From NCBI GenBank assembly GCA_964016885.1, contig OZ024740.1, forward strand, positions 44,144,001 to 44,208,000: a stretch of DNA of 64,000 nucleotides, written 5' to 3'. Positions 21,968 through 33,250 of the stretch are shown here, one piece after another. This DNA is from Eledone cirrhosa. Lineage: Eukaryota. The position numbers and the translations under genes are program-made. The stretch's first letter is position 1. Each line of letters starts with the position of its first letter. The notes below the pieces were generated by a model, which saw only the letters and a program-made list of their open reading frames with translations, searched no databases and had not been told where the DNA came from.

Positions 21968-23353
21968 TCTATAATATAAAGCTGACGGCCGTATGTATGT
22001 AACAAACTTTTCGCCAAACATCTGGACCAAACAGCACCAAATTTGCACCATAGATGTAACTTTTTCCAAGTAAAAAGTGAGGGTACTTTTGTCTACTGAA
22101 TTTTGTTAAAAGATTAAAGACATTATTTAAATATTCACTTCTCTAAAATTTCAAATGCCAACACTTCCGGTTAAACGCATTCCTCACTTTTTCTTATGAC
22201 GTCGCACAACATTCCCCTCTTTTTCTTAGTCTGTATTTTTAGATAGATACATAGCTATAACGTAGCGCTCTTATAATATGTCTCCGTATGTCTGGCTGTC
22301 TGCATTAGATAACGTTTTTCAAAATATTTACTCCTGCATTCACAGATTGATTTGTTTAGTTTCAGAAGATCCCGTTAAGGGTGAAAGCCTTTGCTTAAAG
22401 TTTAATCTGTTATTTTAATATATATATTCGTGTACAGATATTTTTGCATATTTGCATACACAAAAACAAAAACCTATTTATTTCACGAAAGCACAGACGG
22501 CTTATCGTCATTGTTACTATTAGAGGTTAGAGGACCACAGTCTTTCCATGATCTGAGAACCATCAATGGCCATCAATGTTCCACTTACTGTTTGGCTTGC
22601 CAGTTGCGTGGTATGTTACACAATGACAGCAATTGGCACCTCACCTTGCAAGAAGCAGCAACTGCTAAAGTCCCTCCTCAGCTGCGAAAACCTTTTGCTA
22701 TTATGCTGCACAACTTCGATCTCGCCGACCCTCTCGCACTGTGGAACAACCACCGCGAAAGTCTAGCTGAGGACATCCTCCACTGCACACGCAGACACAA
22801 TCCGAACTGGTGGTAGGCTTCTAAGTCACTACAGTTTATCTGCTCCTGACAGGAGTGTCCAGAGGTCAACGTCTACAGAGGTTCTTCGTGAGACGAGCTA
22901 CAAGATCAGCGCTTCTCTCATGGTAAATTGTATGTAGGATGCTCTAGGGTGAGCTCGCCAAACAACCTCTTCATCTTTGCTCCGGAGAGCCGAACAAAAA
23001 ATATTGTATACTCTGAGGCTCTAAGAATGTAATTTAAATAATTTCTGTTACTTGGAATTTCCATTATGGTTGTACAAATTATTGTTTATTAAAAAATGTG
23101 TTCTCTGTTCAGCCTTTATTGTTGTAACTATCAATTTTCTTTAACTTCTTTAACGTACTGGCTGCTGAACTGGGGAATCCTAAAAACTATTTAAACCCAA
23201 CATCGGAGCACGTTAACCCCCACCGAACACTCCCACCCCAACCTCGCAGACTTGAGAGGGCCTGCGGTATCTTTGCACTGGAGTGGAGGGGGATTCCTAA
23301 AAAGATAAAATGCCGGTATACCTAGCCGGGCGCCAGCCGGACGGGCTAGCTAG
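21968..23353 (+). mobile_element. Internally deleted non-autonomous Helitron
   Basis: A|TCTATAATATAAAGCTG 5' end; RepHel remnants LLLEVRGPQSFHDLRTING..CLACQLRGML (~22510-22800) and FSHGKLYVGCSRV..TKNIVY (~22912-23030); GC-rich subterminal segment and CTAG|T at 23350-23353. Confidence 0.82.
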
Positions 23354-23455
23354 TTAATAATAATGCTCGATTCATTTGTAAACAAACGGCCCAATTTGAA
23401 TCTGTGCCGTGCCGGTGACCGATCGTCACCTGTTTGTTCAACATGGCTTTGAGGA

Positions 23456-23498
23456 ACAATCAACAAGTTTCTGGGTCATTACCCTCCATCAGGACTGT
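23456..23498 (-). ncRNA. Hammerhead-like motif with a core substitution
   Basis: Minus strand: acagtc-CTGATGG-a-gggt(aatg)accc-a-GAAA-cttg-TT-gattgt; 6-bp stem I but CUGAUGG instead of CUGANGA. Confidence 0.55.
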
Positions 23499-23644
23499 AC
23501 ACCTCTGCCAGTGTGTTGAACGGTTAAAAGTGTATAGTATTTTCTTAAGTACACGTCGGCTGAGTAGCCTCCATTGTATACCGAGCTAGTTACGGCTGGC
23601 CTTGACAAATATCAAAAATAAATTTAGAATTTTATTTCTCACCC

Positions 23645-23806
23645 TAGCGTAGGTGAATCAATGATAAACATTGATTGCCAGGTAAATTAAGAATAGGGAT
23701 ATAAAACACACAGAAGCGAAAACCAATCCAAACCAAACAGTGAGTGTGTTTTATTATGATTATTTCTGGAAATATTATTACAATAAGATCCTCCCCAAAT
23801 ATAACA

Positions 23807-23810
<4 letters not shown>
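23645..23810 (-). mobile_element. Penelope pLTR tail abutting (TA)n
   Basis: Homologous to 37600-37800 and in part to 6620-6714 (ATTGTTATA.TT.GGGAGG.TC; ACACACTCACTGTTTGGTT). Confidence 0.6.
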
Positions 23811-23877
<67 letters not shown>

Positions 23878-23919
23878 CGAAACATAAGTCAATTGCATGA
23901 ACTCATAATCCTTTATTTG

Positions 23920-23973
23920 CTGCTATATATATTTCGATGATAGCCATTGAATGGCTATGACCTCATCAGGCAG
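23920..23973 (-). ncRNA. Intact type-I hammerhead ribozyme
   Basis: Minus strand: ctgc-CTGATGA-ggtcatagccat(tca)atggctatcatc-GAAA-tatata-TA-gcag; perfect 4-bp stem I, 11/12-bp stem II, palindromic stem III, AUA triplet; (TA)-rich tracts on both sides. Confidence 0.85.
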
Positions 23974-24134
23974 TTAGTCAGTTCTTAGATATGCCAGCTC
24001 TGTGTTTATAGTGTTGATGGTTTCAGAGCCTTGGGACATAAAATATCTATATCTATATATCTATCTATCTTTCTTTCTATGTATCTCCCCCCCCCCCCTG
24101 TCTCTCTGTATATATCTATATATATATATATATA

Positions 24135-24316
24135 TATATTGGTAAACGGAATAGAAAATGCTGACAAATTGTTCACAGTTGAAAAATGGTTTAATTAGGA
24201 ATAAAACCACAACTGAATACTAACCCATACAATCACTAATACTCTTTTATTCCTAATTAAACCATTTTTCAACTGTGAACAATTTGTCAGCATTTTCTAT
24301 TCCGTTTACCAATATA
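24135..24316. repeat. Perfect 72-bp inverted repeat with 38-bp spacer between (TA)n tracts
   Basis: 24135-24206 is the exact reverse complement of 24245-24316. Confidence 0.92.
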
Positions 24317-24347
24317 CAATAACTTGTGTGTTACACCTCTATTCTTT

Positions 24348-24404
<57 letters not shown>

Positions 24405-24412
<8 letters not shown>

Positions 24413-24820
24413 CTGAGGATGTCTGTCTCTGTGTGTGATTTCGAATCCCTAAAATTCAAGAACCACCAAACCGACTGTTTTCAAACTTTACACGTGTAAT
24501 ACTTATGTTTCAGGGAGTGTTCTGAGCAAAAACAAATTTCAAATTTTCAATGCCCTAGGGACCGCATTAGGCGATTTAGCGATCGCGCTCTATAATTCTT
24601 AGTCTTTCTCTTTTTAGATAGATACATACTTATAACGTCGCGCCCTTATAATATCTCTCTGTATGTCTGACTCTGTACGTCACTTCCCTGAGGATGTCTG
24701 TCTGTGTGTGTGTGTGTGCGTGTGTGTCTGTGAGTTTGAATCACTAAAACTCGAGAAGTACCCAACCGATTTTTTTCAAACTTTACATGTGTAGCCGTAT
24801 CTTTGTTCCAGGTATTATCG
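24405..24820 (+). mobile_element. Helitron/Helentron-like non-autonomous 5' region with a duplicated subrepeat
   Basis: CTGAGGATGTCTGTCT..GAATC.CTAAAA.TC.AGAA..C.AACCGA..TTTTCAAACTTTACA.GTGT occurs twice; 24597-24680 is shared with the Helitron at ~22223-22300. Confidence 0.5.
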
Positions 24821-25025
24821 GTGGATTGGCAGTATCGGTGGATTGGCAGTATCGGTAGAGGGTCGGACGCCATGCTTTCCAGCATAGTTACGTCCCTTTA
24901 CTATCTGAGTTCAAATCCCGCCGGGGTTGACTTTGCCTTTCATCCTTACGGGGTCGATAAAATAAAGTACCAGTAATGCACTGGGTAATTGCTGGCCTTG
25001 TGCCTAAAGTAGAAACAATTATTTA
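24821..25025 (+). mobile_element. tRNA-derived SINE family A with a 17-bp head duplication
   Basis: GTGGATTGGCAGTATCG twice, B box GAGTTCAAATCC, central GCCTTTCATCCTTACGGGGTCGATAAAATAAAGTACCAG, tail GTAGAAACAATTATTT. Confidence 0.9.
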
Positions 25026-25029
25026 TTTC

Positions 25030-25600
25030 AGCATTCAGATCATTGTCTGCTTCGGATGGTTCCTCCGTTCTCTCAACCTCTTCACCTTCATTTCCCATTG
25101 GCTCGTTTGCGTGGCATACTCCACTCTCTATTTCCAACCTAATCTCTCTGCTCAGTTCCTCCAGTTCCAGCTCGCTTATCCACCCATTAGTACTTATTAC
25201 CCGAGCCTGCCCGGCCAATTTTTGTTCATCTAATTTAAATAGACCAATCTCGTTCCAGATGTTATGCATCCATTTCCTATAGCCTTTCTCCTTGGGGTTA
25301 CTCTTCAGGTAACATTGTATAACAGTTCTATTCAATTCTTTCGTCCAGTTGGCTCTGCTCCCTTTCCTTCTTCTTCCTCCGACACCAGCAGTATTTGGTT
25401 GACAGCCAGGTCCCTGCTGCTGAGCCAGGGAGCACCTGCTGGGTCAGAGTCTGTCACATGACATTCCAGTCTCCACTTCACCGATATTCGAACTGTTTAG
25501 GTTCGACATTTAAACACTCTTATCGAGGATTGGTGAATGTATGGTTACATAACCACCGGGGATTTCATCACCCCTGGTGATTTTAGTGTGGCACTATCAC
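25030..25600 (-). mobile_element. R4/Dong-like LINE 5' / N-terminal fragment
   Basis: NRTVIQCYLKSNPKEKGYRKWMHNIW..LDEQKLAGQARVISTNGWISELELEEL resembles the conserved N-terminus of Dong/R4 ORFs. Confidence 0.7.
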
Positions 25601-26574
25601 GCTGTAGACGAACATAAATAAACAAAAAAACAAATAGGTAAAAACCCCCCAAAAAAGAATAAGCATAAGTTTCATTGTAATGTAATGTTTGAATGTCTGA
25701 CTTAGTTTTTTTATTTTTCCTTCTCTGTCTGTCTGTTTGTTTTTCTTTTCTTTTTTCTTTTCTTTACGTTTTTCGTTTCTGCTGTGCTGTTTTGATTTTG
25801 ATTTTTGGTTTTTTGATTTTTTGACCGGGTCATCAAATCAGTCTATTTATATCTTTTGATGCCTTCCTCTTTTAGTGGGAGTACTATGATGCCTGTCTTA
25901 GCAGGTAGTGGGAGAGATGAGCAGCGGTAGCGATGAGGCAGTGGTGGGGGTGATGTGATCGTAGTACTGTAGTGATGGTGTTGAAGTTGAAGTAGAAATA
26001 GAAGTTGAGGTAACTTGACTAGAGTTTTTGGCGTGGTAGTGGTGATGGTGGCGGTGGTGGTGTTGGTGGTGAAATTATTTGCCTGTCTGTCCACTTAGCC
26101 ATTTTGCCATTTTTCTCTTTTTCGACTGTAACATTTCTGATCCAAAATTAAATATTAAATATTGGGACCCTATGTCGTAATGTGATGCGTTGTGGCTTAC
26201 TGAGCGTTAAAAACTGTAATCTTAGACTTCATTTGTAATAAGAATTATTCTATCACATTTGTTTTAAATAAGTAAAAATCAAAAACTTACGGGAGCGATT
26301 CCATAACGATATATCCATCATGTGCGTTTTCTTCCCTTATATTATTATTATTATTATTGAATGCCATGGTTGACGGAGGCTCGGCTCTGTAAGGTATAGT
26401 AAATTTTAACCGCTATAACAATTGTAAATTGTTTAAAACTTTAACCAAATTGTAGACAAAAACACCCTCCTCCTCGTGAGAGGGGTCTTTCTGCCCGTTA
26501 TTTGGCCCTTCGGGGTTAAATAACTGCTTATTGGGGTTTTGTACCCAATATTTATTTTCAACAAAAAAATCAAC

Positions 26575-28672
26575 ATGGCTACGAAAAAGAATTTGCATAG
26601 GTCACTCCCACTCATTCCGTCTTCTTCTTCCTCAATCATCACTACAGCAGAGAGAAGATTGTCTCTCTCCCTCCCTTCTTTAAATGTGTCTCTCTCCCTC
26701 CCTTCTCTTTCGCAAGCGACGAAAGAAAAGAAAAGTCTCGTGCAAAGCGTGCAAGGTTTCTCCACGACGACGACGACAGCGACGAAACAGGTGTGCGGGA
26801 AATACGAAAACCCAGTTCATTCGTCTGACGTCAGGAATAATAGCAGTAGCAGCCGTAATAACAACAGCAACAGTGACAATGAAAACAACAGTAGCAGCCG
26901 CAACAGCATCACCAGCAGCATAAACAACAACAGCATTAGCAGCAGCAACATCAACAACAACCACAGCAACAGCGGCGAAGGCAGTAGTCGTAGTACTTGC
27001 AGCAACAACAAAAGTAACAGCAGCTCTGACGACAACAACAACAACAGCAGCAAAGAAAAACCAATCTCATTTGCAGGTATTGCGAAAAACTTGGAAACAA
27101 TCCTCATAACAAATGAGGAATTAGAGGAAGCGAAGAAGATGGTGACAAAGAATGGACACCGAGCAATCTGCAAGGCAGCGGAACATTTTTTCGAAACCCA
27201 AGAGCACTGTACGGTCACGTACCGTACAGTAAGTACAAAATCCCGTAGGGTGGAAAGAGCCACAGAGGCCCAAATACAAAAAGCCTTGGGGTCTGTGTGG
27301 CAGCGGAAAACGCACATCACCCGAGGCAAAAAATATGCCACCGTAGACGTACTTTTTGCCACACCCCAGGAGGCAAAGGCCCAATCCGTAGTTACCCTAA
27401 GAAGCGAGGAAATGGTGTTGGTGCCCTCCTACTGCGGGCAAAAAATTGTGAGGGTCAAACTGACCCACGTCCCCCCCCCCCGGAATGGCCCCTTCTTGGC
27501 TGGCCGCGTCTGTCCTCGTCGGAATCGAGGACAAAACAACTGTACTGCAAGTACAGAAAAAAGTAAGAGAAGATTGGGTTGGCACCTCCATTGAGATGCT
27601 AATCCAAACCAACCAGGAGTGCATCGAAGCTATCCCGGATGTGATAGACTTCGATAACGGCACTCAACTGCCCATAAGTTATGAGGGCAAACGCCCGAAA
27701 TGCTTTCGCTGTGGATCGAAGACTCACCTCAGGGCCTTCTGCAACGAGAAGACCCTGAGAAAGGAGAAAACCCCCCTCCTTCCGAAACCGGCTCCACGGC
27801 TACCAGCAACAGGACAAGCGGCAACCAGGAACGATAGGTCCGTGGCACCCATACCCACGCCACGGAAATCAAAAACAGCAGCAGCAGTGGAAATATTAAC
27901 AACAACAACAGCAATACCAAATACAGCTGCAACAGAGACTCCAGTGCAAACATCACCAACAACAACAAGTGAAGAGTGGAGCTGGTACCTCACAGAATCA
28001 GACATGGAGTGTGAGGTGGGAGAGGGATGGCAAAAGGTCGTAAGAAGGCACAAACGCAGAAGCAGCGCATCGTCGCCTTTGAAAAGGGAGGAAAGAAATG
28101 AGAAAAGGGTAAAGTCTACTGCAAAGAGACCCACAGCAGCAACACCACCAACACCATCACCACCCACACTAGCACCACCATCACCACCGGCGACAACCCC
28201 ACCGCCAACAACACCTTCAACACCACCACCACAAGCACCAACATCGCAAACACAACAACAAAACACACACACCCAGCAACAACGACAAGAAAATAGCAGA
28301 ACCACACCCCACCCCCAGAAAAACAAATGCACGGCAATAAATACACACAACAAGAAACTAATGACTTACATAATTGAACACACAGACATTTCACAACAGG
28401 ACTACATAATACCAGCACCAATCAAAACGCCAACTAACAACATAAGACTATTAAAAATAGCACAGAAACAATACACAAACATTAAAACGAAATTCCCCAA
28501 CGCAGTTGGTGATTTCAGGGACCTAGGAGGAACTATCAATCGAAGAGTATATTCAGACATTCTCTTAGAAGAGCCGACGACCAGCCGAAGGGACGATTCA
28601 ACGGTCCCTTCACCAGACGATCAAGTGAAAAGGGATGTAAAAACCATCCCTCCTCTACGAAAAGTACGGTAA
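26575..28672 (+). CDS. Tx1/L1 ORF1 (gag-like nucleic-acid-binding protein with CCHC knuckle), interrupted by a +1 C frameshift
   Basis: ORFs 26539-27594 and 27485-28672 join at a C11 run (27471-27481); removing one C gives a 698-aa ORF from ATG 26575; CFRCGSKTHLRAFC knuckle; N/S- and P/T-rich low-complexity tracts. Confidence 0.8.
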
Positions 28673-28707
28673 GTGGTCTTTCCCATCTTTTCCACTCTAT
28701 TTTAAAC

Positions 28708-31700
28708 ATGACCTCACTCAGAATAGGCAGCATGAATGCGCGTGGCTTGGGGTCGTCATGGAAGCAGGGTCACCTGCTCAACGACCTCAGGTCACTAAAC
28801 ATAGATGTAGTGGCCATCAGCGAGACCAGAATCTCCGAAGCACGGGCCTTCGCACCGATCTTTGGCGGCTACGATGTGTACGCATCTCCCAGCCGTCCTG
28901 GATCGGGGGGAGGAGTTGCTGTGCTTTTTCGGAGAGGTTTGGATCTCGCCATACGGGCCATCTTCCTGGACCCAGAGGGTAAGCTGGTGGTGCTGGACGT
29001 GACCAGCGGAGACGGGCAAGCTTTCAGGCTAGTGGCCGTCTATGCTCCGACAGGAGCAGGGCGGCCTGATTTCTTCCGGCGTCTGGAGACCTTTCTTGGA
29101 ACGTCCCGCTCTTTAGTGTTAGTGGGCGACTGGAACGGGATCTTAGATGCACGCAGGGACTGTTTGGGATTAGCGGATAGGGGTGGAGGGTGCAAGAGCC
29201 TCACCAACCTGCTCAGGCGTTTTGAACTGTCTGACAGGTACCGATTGGATTTCCCGAATGTGCCAATGTGGACTTGGACAAATCGCGTAGGGTCATCCAG
29301 ATCATATCTAGATAGAGTATTTTGTAGGGAAATAGATAGGTCTAGCATAGGCTGTCCACAATTCAAGATAGTCAGCTACACGGACCACAAATTCGTGATC
29401 TGTGTGCTTGACTTAGATAGGCTTCATAGACGAGGACCCGGTTACTGGAAGCTAAATGCGTCCTTACCAGCGCGCAAGGCCTACAGAGACCGGATTAGCG
29501 AACTAGTTAAGCGGGCGTTGACGGGGGCCATCGTCAACAACAAGTGGTGGTTTGCTCTGAAAAGAGCGATTAGAATAGAATCCATTAGGTTTAGTAAGGC
29601 TTTAGCAATAGAGAAAAATAGAGCAGAGGGAGAACTAGTTAGAAAATTAGACGAGGCGCTTAGCAAAGGCATTGCGACCGACGTGCTTGCGGCGAAATTG
29701 GCCCTTGACCAATTCTTCAATGCAAAGCACGAAGGCTGCGTTGTCAGAGCAAGGGTGCGTGCTCTCAGATACGAGGGGACGAAAGCCGTTCAATGGGACC
29801 GAGTCGCGGAGGCGCGTCGTGGCAACAAAGCCACGATCCGGTCTTTGGTGGACTACGACGGGCGCATGCTACTCGATCCCGGGCAAATGTGTGAAGCTTT
29901 TCAGCGACAATTCGCTCAGCTGTTCGGGGGCAGCGGTGGGCCGGGTCGAGGGATGGACTTTAGTGTCTACCTCGACGGACTGCCGCGGCTCTCGGCCACT
30001 GAGGCGAAGTGTTGCGAAAAGCCGATAACAGCCGCTGAAGTAAGGGAGGCAATGACTGGCTGCACAAGGGGTAAATCGCCTGGTTTGGATGGTCTGCCCT
30101 ATGAACTTTACGTACAGATGCCAGACTTGTTCGGAGGCCTCTTGGCGGACGTCTACTGCAACTGGCAACAGAACGGGAGAATTCCCAGTTCTGTGAGCCG
30201 AGGAGCGGTGGCACTGCTGAGAAAGGATCCGAACAAGGGGGATAACATAGATAATTTCCGGCCCATAACTCTGCTAAACACAGAGTTCAAGATTTTGTCC
30301 AAGGTGCTAGCAAAGAGGTTGGCGCTTGTCGTTAGTGGTCTGGTGGGAGAGGCGCAGACATGCGCCATTCCCGACAGATCCATCCACGACAACCTCCACC
30401 TCATGCGATACATCGTAGAGAGGGTAGCTAGGGAACCTGGCACGGGTGGGTCCTTGATCAATTTAGATCAGTCGAAAGCTTTGGATAGGGCCGACCATCG
30501 TTACCTAGCGGCAGTCCTGAGGGCGGCTGGCTTTGGGCCCGTCTTCAGAGGCTGGATCGCTGCCATGCACAGCGACATCTGCTCTGTGGTGAGAGTGAAC
30601 GGTCACCTGTCGGAACCGTTCAACATCATGCGCTCGGTCCGCCAAGGATGTCCCCTCTCGTCCCTCTTGTACGTATTGACTCTCGAGCCATTACTGCACA
30701 AACTGGAGACGTTGAGGGGCGTCCCGCGCGAACTAGGATGCGGAAGATCCGTGTCAGCATATGCGGACGATGTCACCGTAGTGGTGTCGAACGCCAAACA
30801 CATCGAGGCGATCGGCACTACACTAAGAGAATACGAAGCGGTGACAGGAGCAATGATCAACCAGGAAAAGTCAGTGGGCCTGCAGCTCGGCACCTGGAGA
30901 GGCAGGTCCATGCCGTCCAACAGCGTCGTCGGACGCTGGACGGACGGACCGGTTAAATTGCTAGGGGTCTGGTTCGGTCCGGACCTCCAGACGGACAAAA
31001 ACTGGGACGAGGTGACGAGAAGGGTGGCTTCTCTCACCCAGAAATGGGCCGAGAGGAAGCTATCCCTGAAAGGTCGAGCGGAGGTGGCTAACGCGTACAT
31101 CGCGTCCGTCATCTGCTACCGCCTGACCGTCGTACCTTGTCCTAAGCCTCGCCTGACTGCGCTGGAGCGTTTGCTCTTTCGCTTTTTGTGGAAGGGACGC
31201 GCTCCGATGGTCATGTGGTCCATCTGTTGTCAACACCCGCTACGTGGAGGGCTGGGCATGCCGTGGCTGATGATGCGCAGGCACGCGCTCAGGCTACGAC
31301 ATCTCCACCTCTTCCTCGACGGTGATCAGGTGTGGTCGCCGTTTGCTAGACACGTATTTCCCCAGCTCGTTTCCTTGACGGAGCTGCAGTCCTGGGTCAA
31401 GCGAAGACCGAGAGGGAGCGCCTGGAGACTGGAATGTCTTCAGGCGCTCACAGCCCTCGACCAATCGGGCAATGTGATCGGTGGAAACTCCACCTCGGCG
31501 TTCTATAGAGGATTAGTGGAGGGGAAGAGCGACGACGTACTTGGGGAAACTCTAGGCGTCGACGAAAATCAACTAGCCAATCTCTTCGGAAGGACTTTCG
31601 GGCCGGGGCCTATGGACAACTTCCAGAAATCTCTGGCCTGGCAGTGCTACCGAGGAGCCTTGCCAGTTCGGGGTAAACTCTACAGGCATGGAGGTGCCGT

Positions 31701-32127
31701 CAGCCGGGCATGTCCGAGATGCGCGCAGGGCGACGAAACCGTCCTGCACGCACTCGTCCAGTGTCCGAAAATTGCTGACTTGTGGGTTTATGTCGAACAC
31801 CTGCTGTCGCGTTTAGGACGGATCCGGCTATCATCTGAGTCCATCGTGAGGATTGCCCCGCCCTCCTCCTTTAGCCGGGAAGGGCAGGCAGTTTTTATCT
31901 GCCTGGTGGCCATGGCGAAAGAGATAGTATGGTGGACACGTTTGAAAGGGCTGAAGACGAGCACTTACCTCTTCGGTGATGCTCTGATTGACTTTTTCAA
32001 ATTTCATTTGAAAAGGAAAATCAGAGTAGAGAGGGAAGTGCTCTCTTCCCAGCATTTTGTTGAAAGATGGGTGAGAGAAGCAAGAATGGCCCGAGTGAAT
32101 GGGCCTACTCTGAGTATATATCTGTAA
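28708..32127 (+). CDS. Tx1/L1 ORF2: AP endonuclease, reverse transcriptase and C-terminal zinc-binding domain (1139 aa)
   Basis: SMNARGL, ISET, GDWN, SYLDRVF and TDHK (APE); KSPGLDG, FRPITLLN, VRQGCPLS and YADD (RT); CPRC..ETVLHALVQC. Confidence 0.95.
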   Translation: MTSLRIGSMNARGLGSSWKQGHLLNDLRSLNIDVVAISETRISEARAFAPIFGGYDVYASPSRPGSGGGVAVLFRRGLDLAIRAIFLDPEGKLVVLDVTSGDGQAFRLVAVYAPTGAGRPDFFRRLETFLGTSRSLVLVGDWNGILDARRDCLGLADRGGGCKSLTNLLRRFELSDRYRLDFPNVPMWTWTNRVGSSRSYLDRVFCREIDRSSIGCPQFKIVSYTDHKFVICVLDLDRLHRRGPGYWKLNASLPARKAYRDRISELVKRALTGAIVNNKWWFALKRAIRIESIRFSKALAIEKNRAEGELVRKLDEALSKGIATDVLAAKLALDQFFNAKHEGCVVRARVRALRYEGTKAVQWDRVAEARRGNKATIRSLVDYDGRMLLDPGQMCEAFQRQFAQLFGGSGGPGRGMDFSVYLDGLPRLSATEAKCCEKPITAAEVREAMTGCTRGKSPGLDGLPYELYVQMPDLFGGLLADVYCNWQQNGRIPSSVSRGAVALLRKDPNKGDNIDNFRPITLLNTEFKILSKVLAKRLALVVSGLVGEAQTCAIPDRSIHDNLHLMRYIVERVAREPGTGGSLINLDQSKALDRADHRYLAAVLRAAGFGPVFRGWIAAMHSDICSVVRVNGHLSEPFNIMRSVRQGCPLSSLLYVLTLEPLLHKLETLRGVPRELGCGRSVSAYADDVTVVVSNAKHIEAIGTTLREYEAVTGAMINQEKSVGLQLGTWRGRSMPSNSVVGRWTDGPVKLLGVWFGPDLQTDKNWDEVTRRVASLTQKWAERKLSLKGRAEVANAYIASVICYRLTVVPCPKPRLTALERLLFRFLWKGRAPMVMWSICCQHPLRGGLGMPWLMMRRHALRLRHLHLFLDGDQVWSPFARHVFPQLVSLTELQSWVKRRPRGSAWRLECLQALTALDQSGNVIGGNSTSAFYRGLVEGKSDDVLGETLGVDENQLANLFGRTFGPGPMDNFQKSLAWQCYRGALPVRGKLYRHGGAVSRACPRCAQGDETVLHALVQCPKIADLWVYVEHLLSRLGRIRLSSESIVRIAPPSSFSREGQAVFICLVAMAKEIVWWTRLKGLKTSTYLFGDALIDFFKFHLKRKIRVEREVLSSQHFVERWVREARMARVNGPTLSIYL

Positions 32128-32375
32128 ATTAAAGGTGGAAAACTGGGAGAGGGCACTTGCCTTGGTGGTCAGGGTCATTGTGGCTTTTTACTGGGCTTTC
32201 TCCACAAATGTCCCTCCGAAGTCTCCCCCCTATTGGGGAATTTTTCATTGTTATTTTTTGTTACATCCTCTGTTTTTGTTTTTTACACGCAGAAATTCCC
32301 ATTTGTACCGTCCTGCATTGTCCTGCACTGTCCTTAATGTCTACTTTATGTAAACCCTTGTGGTTAATAAAGAAA

Positions 32376-32437
<62 letters not shown>

Positions 32438-33041
32438 GGAGTCTCAGTTATTGATGTTATCTTACTGGAAAGTTTGTTCAAATGAACATCAAGCCACTAC
32501 CTACAGCTTCAGATATTCAGGACGTCGATTTCTGTTCCAAGCAAGCATGCCTTTTGAAGTGTTCCATAAAAGTGGCCTCGACTAATGTTCTTTAACCACG
32601 CTTGAAAGCTCTTTGAGATAGTACTTAGTGCTCCTATGACAATTAGGACAACCTTGATCTCATGGCAGTCCCAAATCTACTTTAACTCCCACTTTAAATC
32701 CTGGTATCGGTTAATTTTCTCCTCCTTTTCTTGCACTCTTGTGTTAAAGAGGCAGGTTACATCAACAATCGGACACGAACTTTTTTCCTTGTCAAAAATC
32801 ACCAGGTCAGGCCTATTGTGTTCTAATTTCTTGTATGTCTGTATCCTGAAATCCTATAGCACCTTCACTTGATCTTTTTCTATCACCGACTCTGGCTTAT
32901 GCTCATACCACTTCTCAGAATGTTGTAAATTATTTAGTTTGCATAAATGCCAGTGAATCACCTTTCCTATTATGTCATGCCTCCAGCCTTTATAGTGAGT
33001 CTGGGGGCTAGATGTTTATACTAGGATACGATGTGAGCCAG
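32438..33041 (-). mobile_element. R4/Dong-like LINE 3' fragment, (TAA)n family
   Basis: Reverse complement of the 17718-19202 family; its (TAA)n tail is the tract abutting the Tx1 element. Confidence 0.88.
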
Positions 33042-33250
33042 AGTATCGGTAGAGCGACGGACACCATGCTTCGTAGCATAGACTTATGACCCTTTACATT
33101 CTGAGTTCAAATCCCGTCGAGGTTAGCTTTGCCTTTCATCCTTACGGGGTCGATGAAATAAAGCACCAGTAATACACTGGGGTTGATTTAAGCGACTTTC
33201 CCCTTCCCAAATATTGCTGGCTTTGTGCCTCTAGTAGAAATCATTATTTC
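33042..33250 (+). mobile_element. SINE family A, long variant
   Basis: Family A core plus an extra GGTTGATTTAAGCGACTTTCCCCTTCCCAAA segment. Confidence 0.85.

Larger units (their letters stand above)
26359..32377 (+). mobile_element. Apparently full-length L1/Tx1-clade non-LTR retrotransposon inserted in (ATT)n
   Basis: 5' UTR, ORF1, ORF2 and a 3' UTR with AATAAA at 32366-32371; (ATT)6 upstream at 26341-26358 and (ATT)20 downstream at 32378-32437. Confidence 0.92.

Noticed and set aside
24821-24925. tRNA genes
   Set aside because: The A/B-box heads continue into SINE bodies and tails in many copies; no complete cloverleaf
26680-32178. Antisense and alternate-frame ORFs over the Tx1 element
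   Set aside because: Shadow ORFs of GC-rich or low-complexity coding sequence with no recognisable motifs
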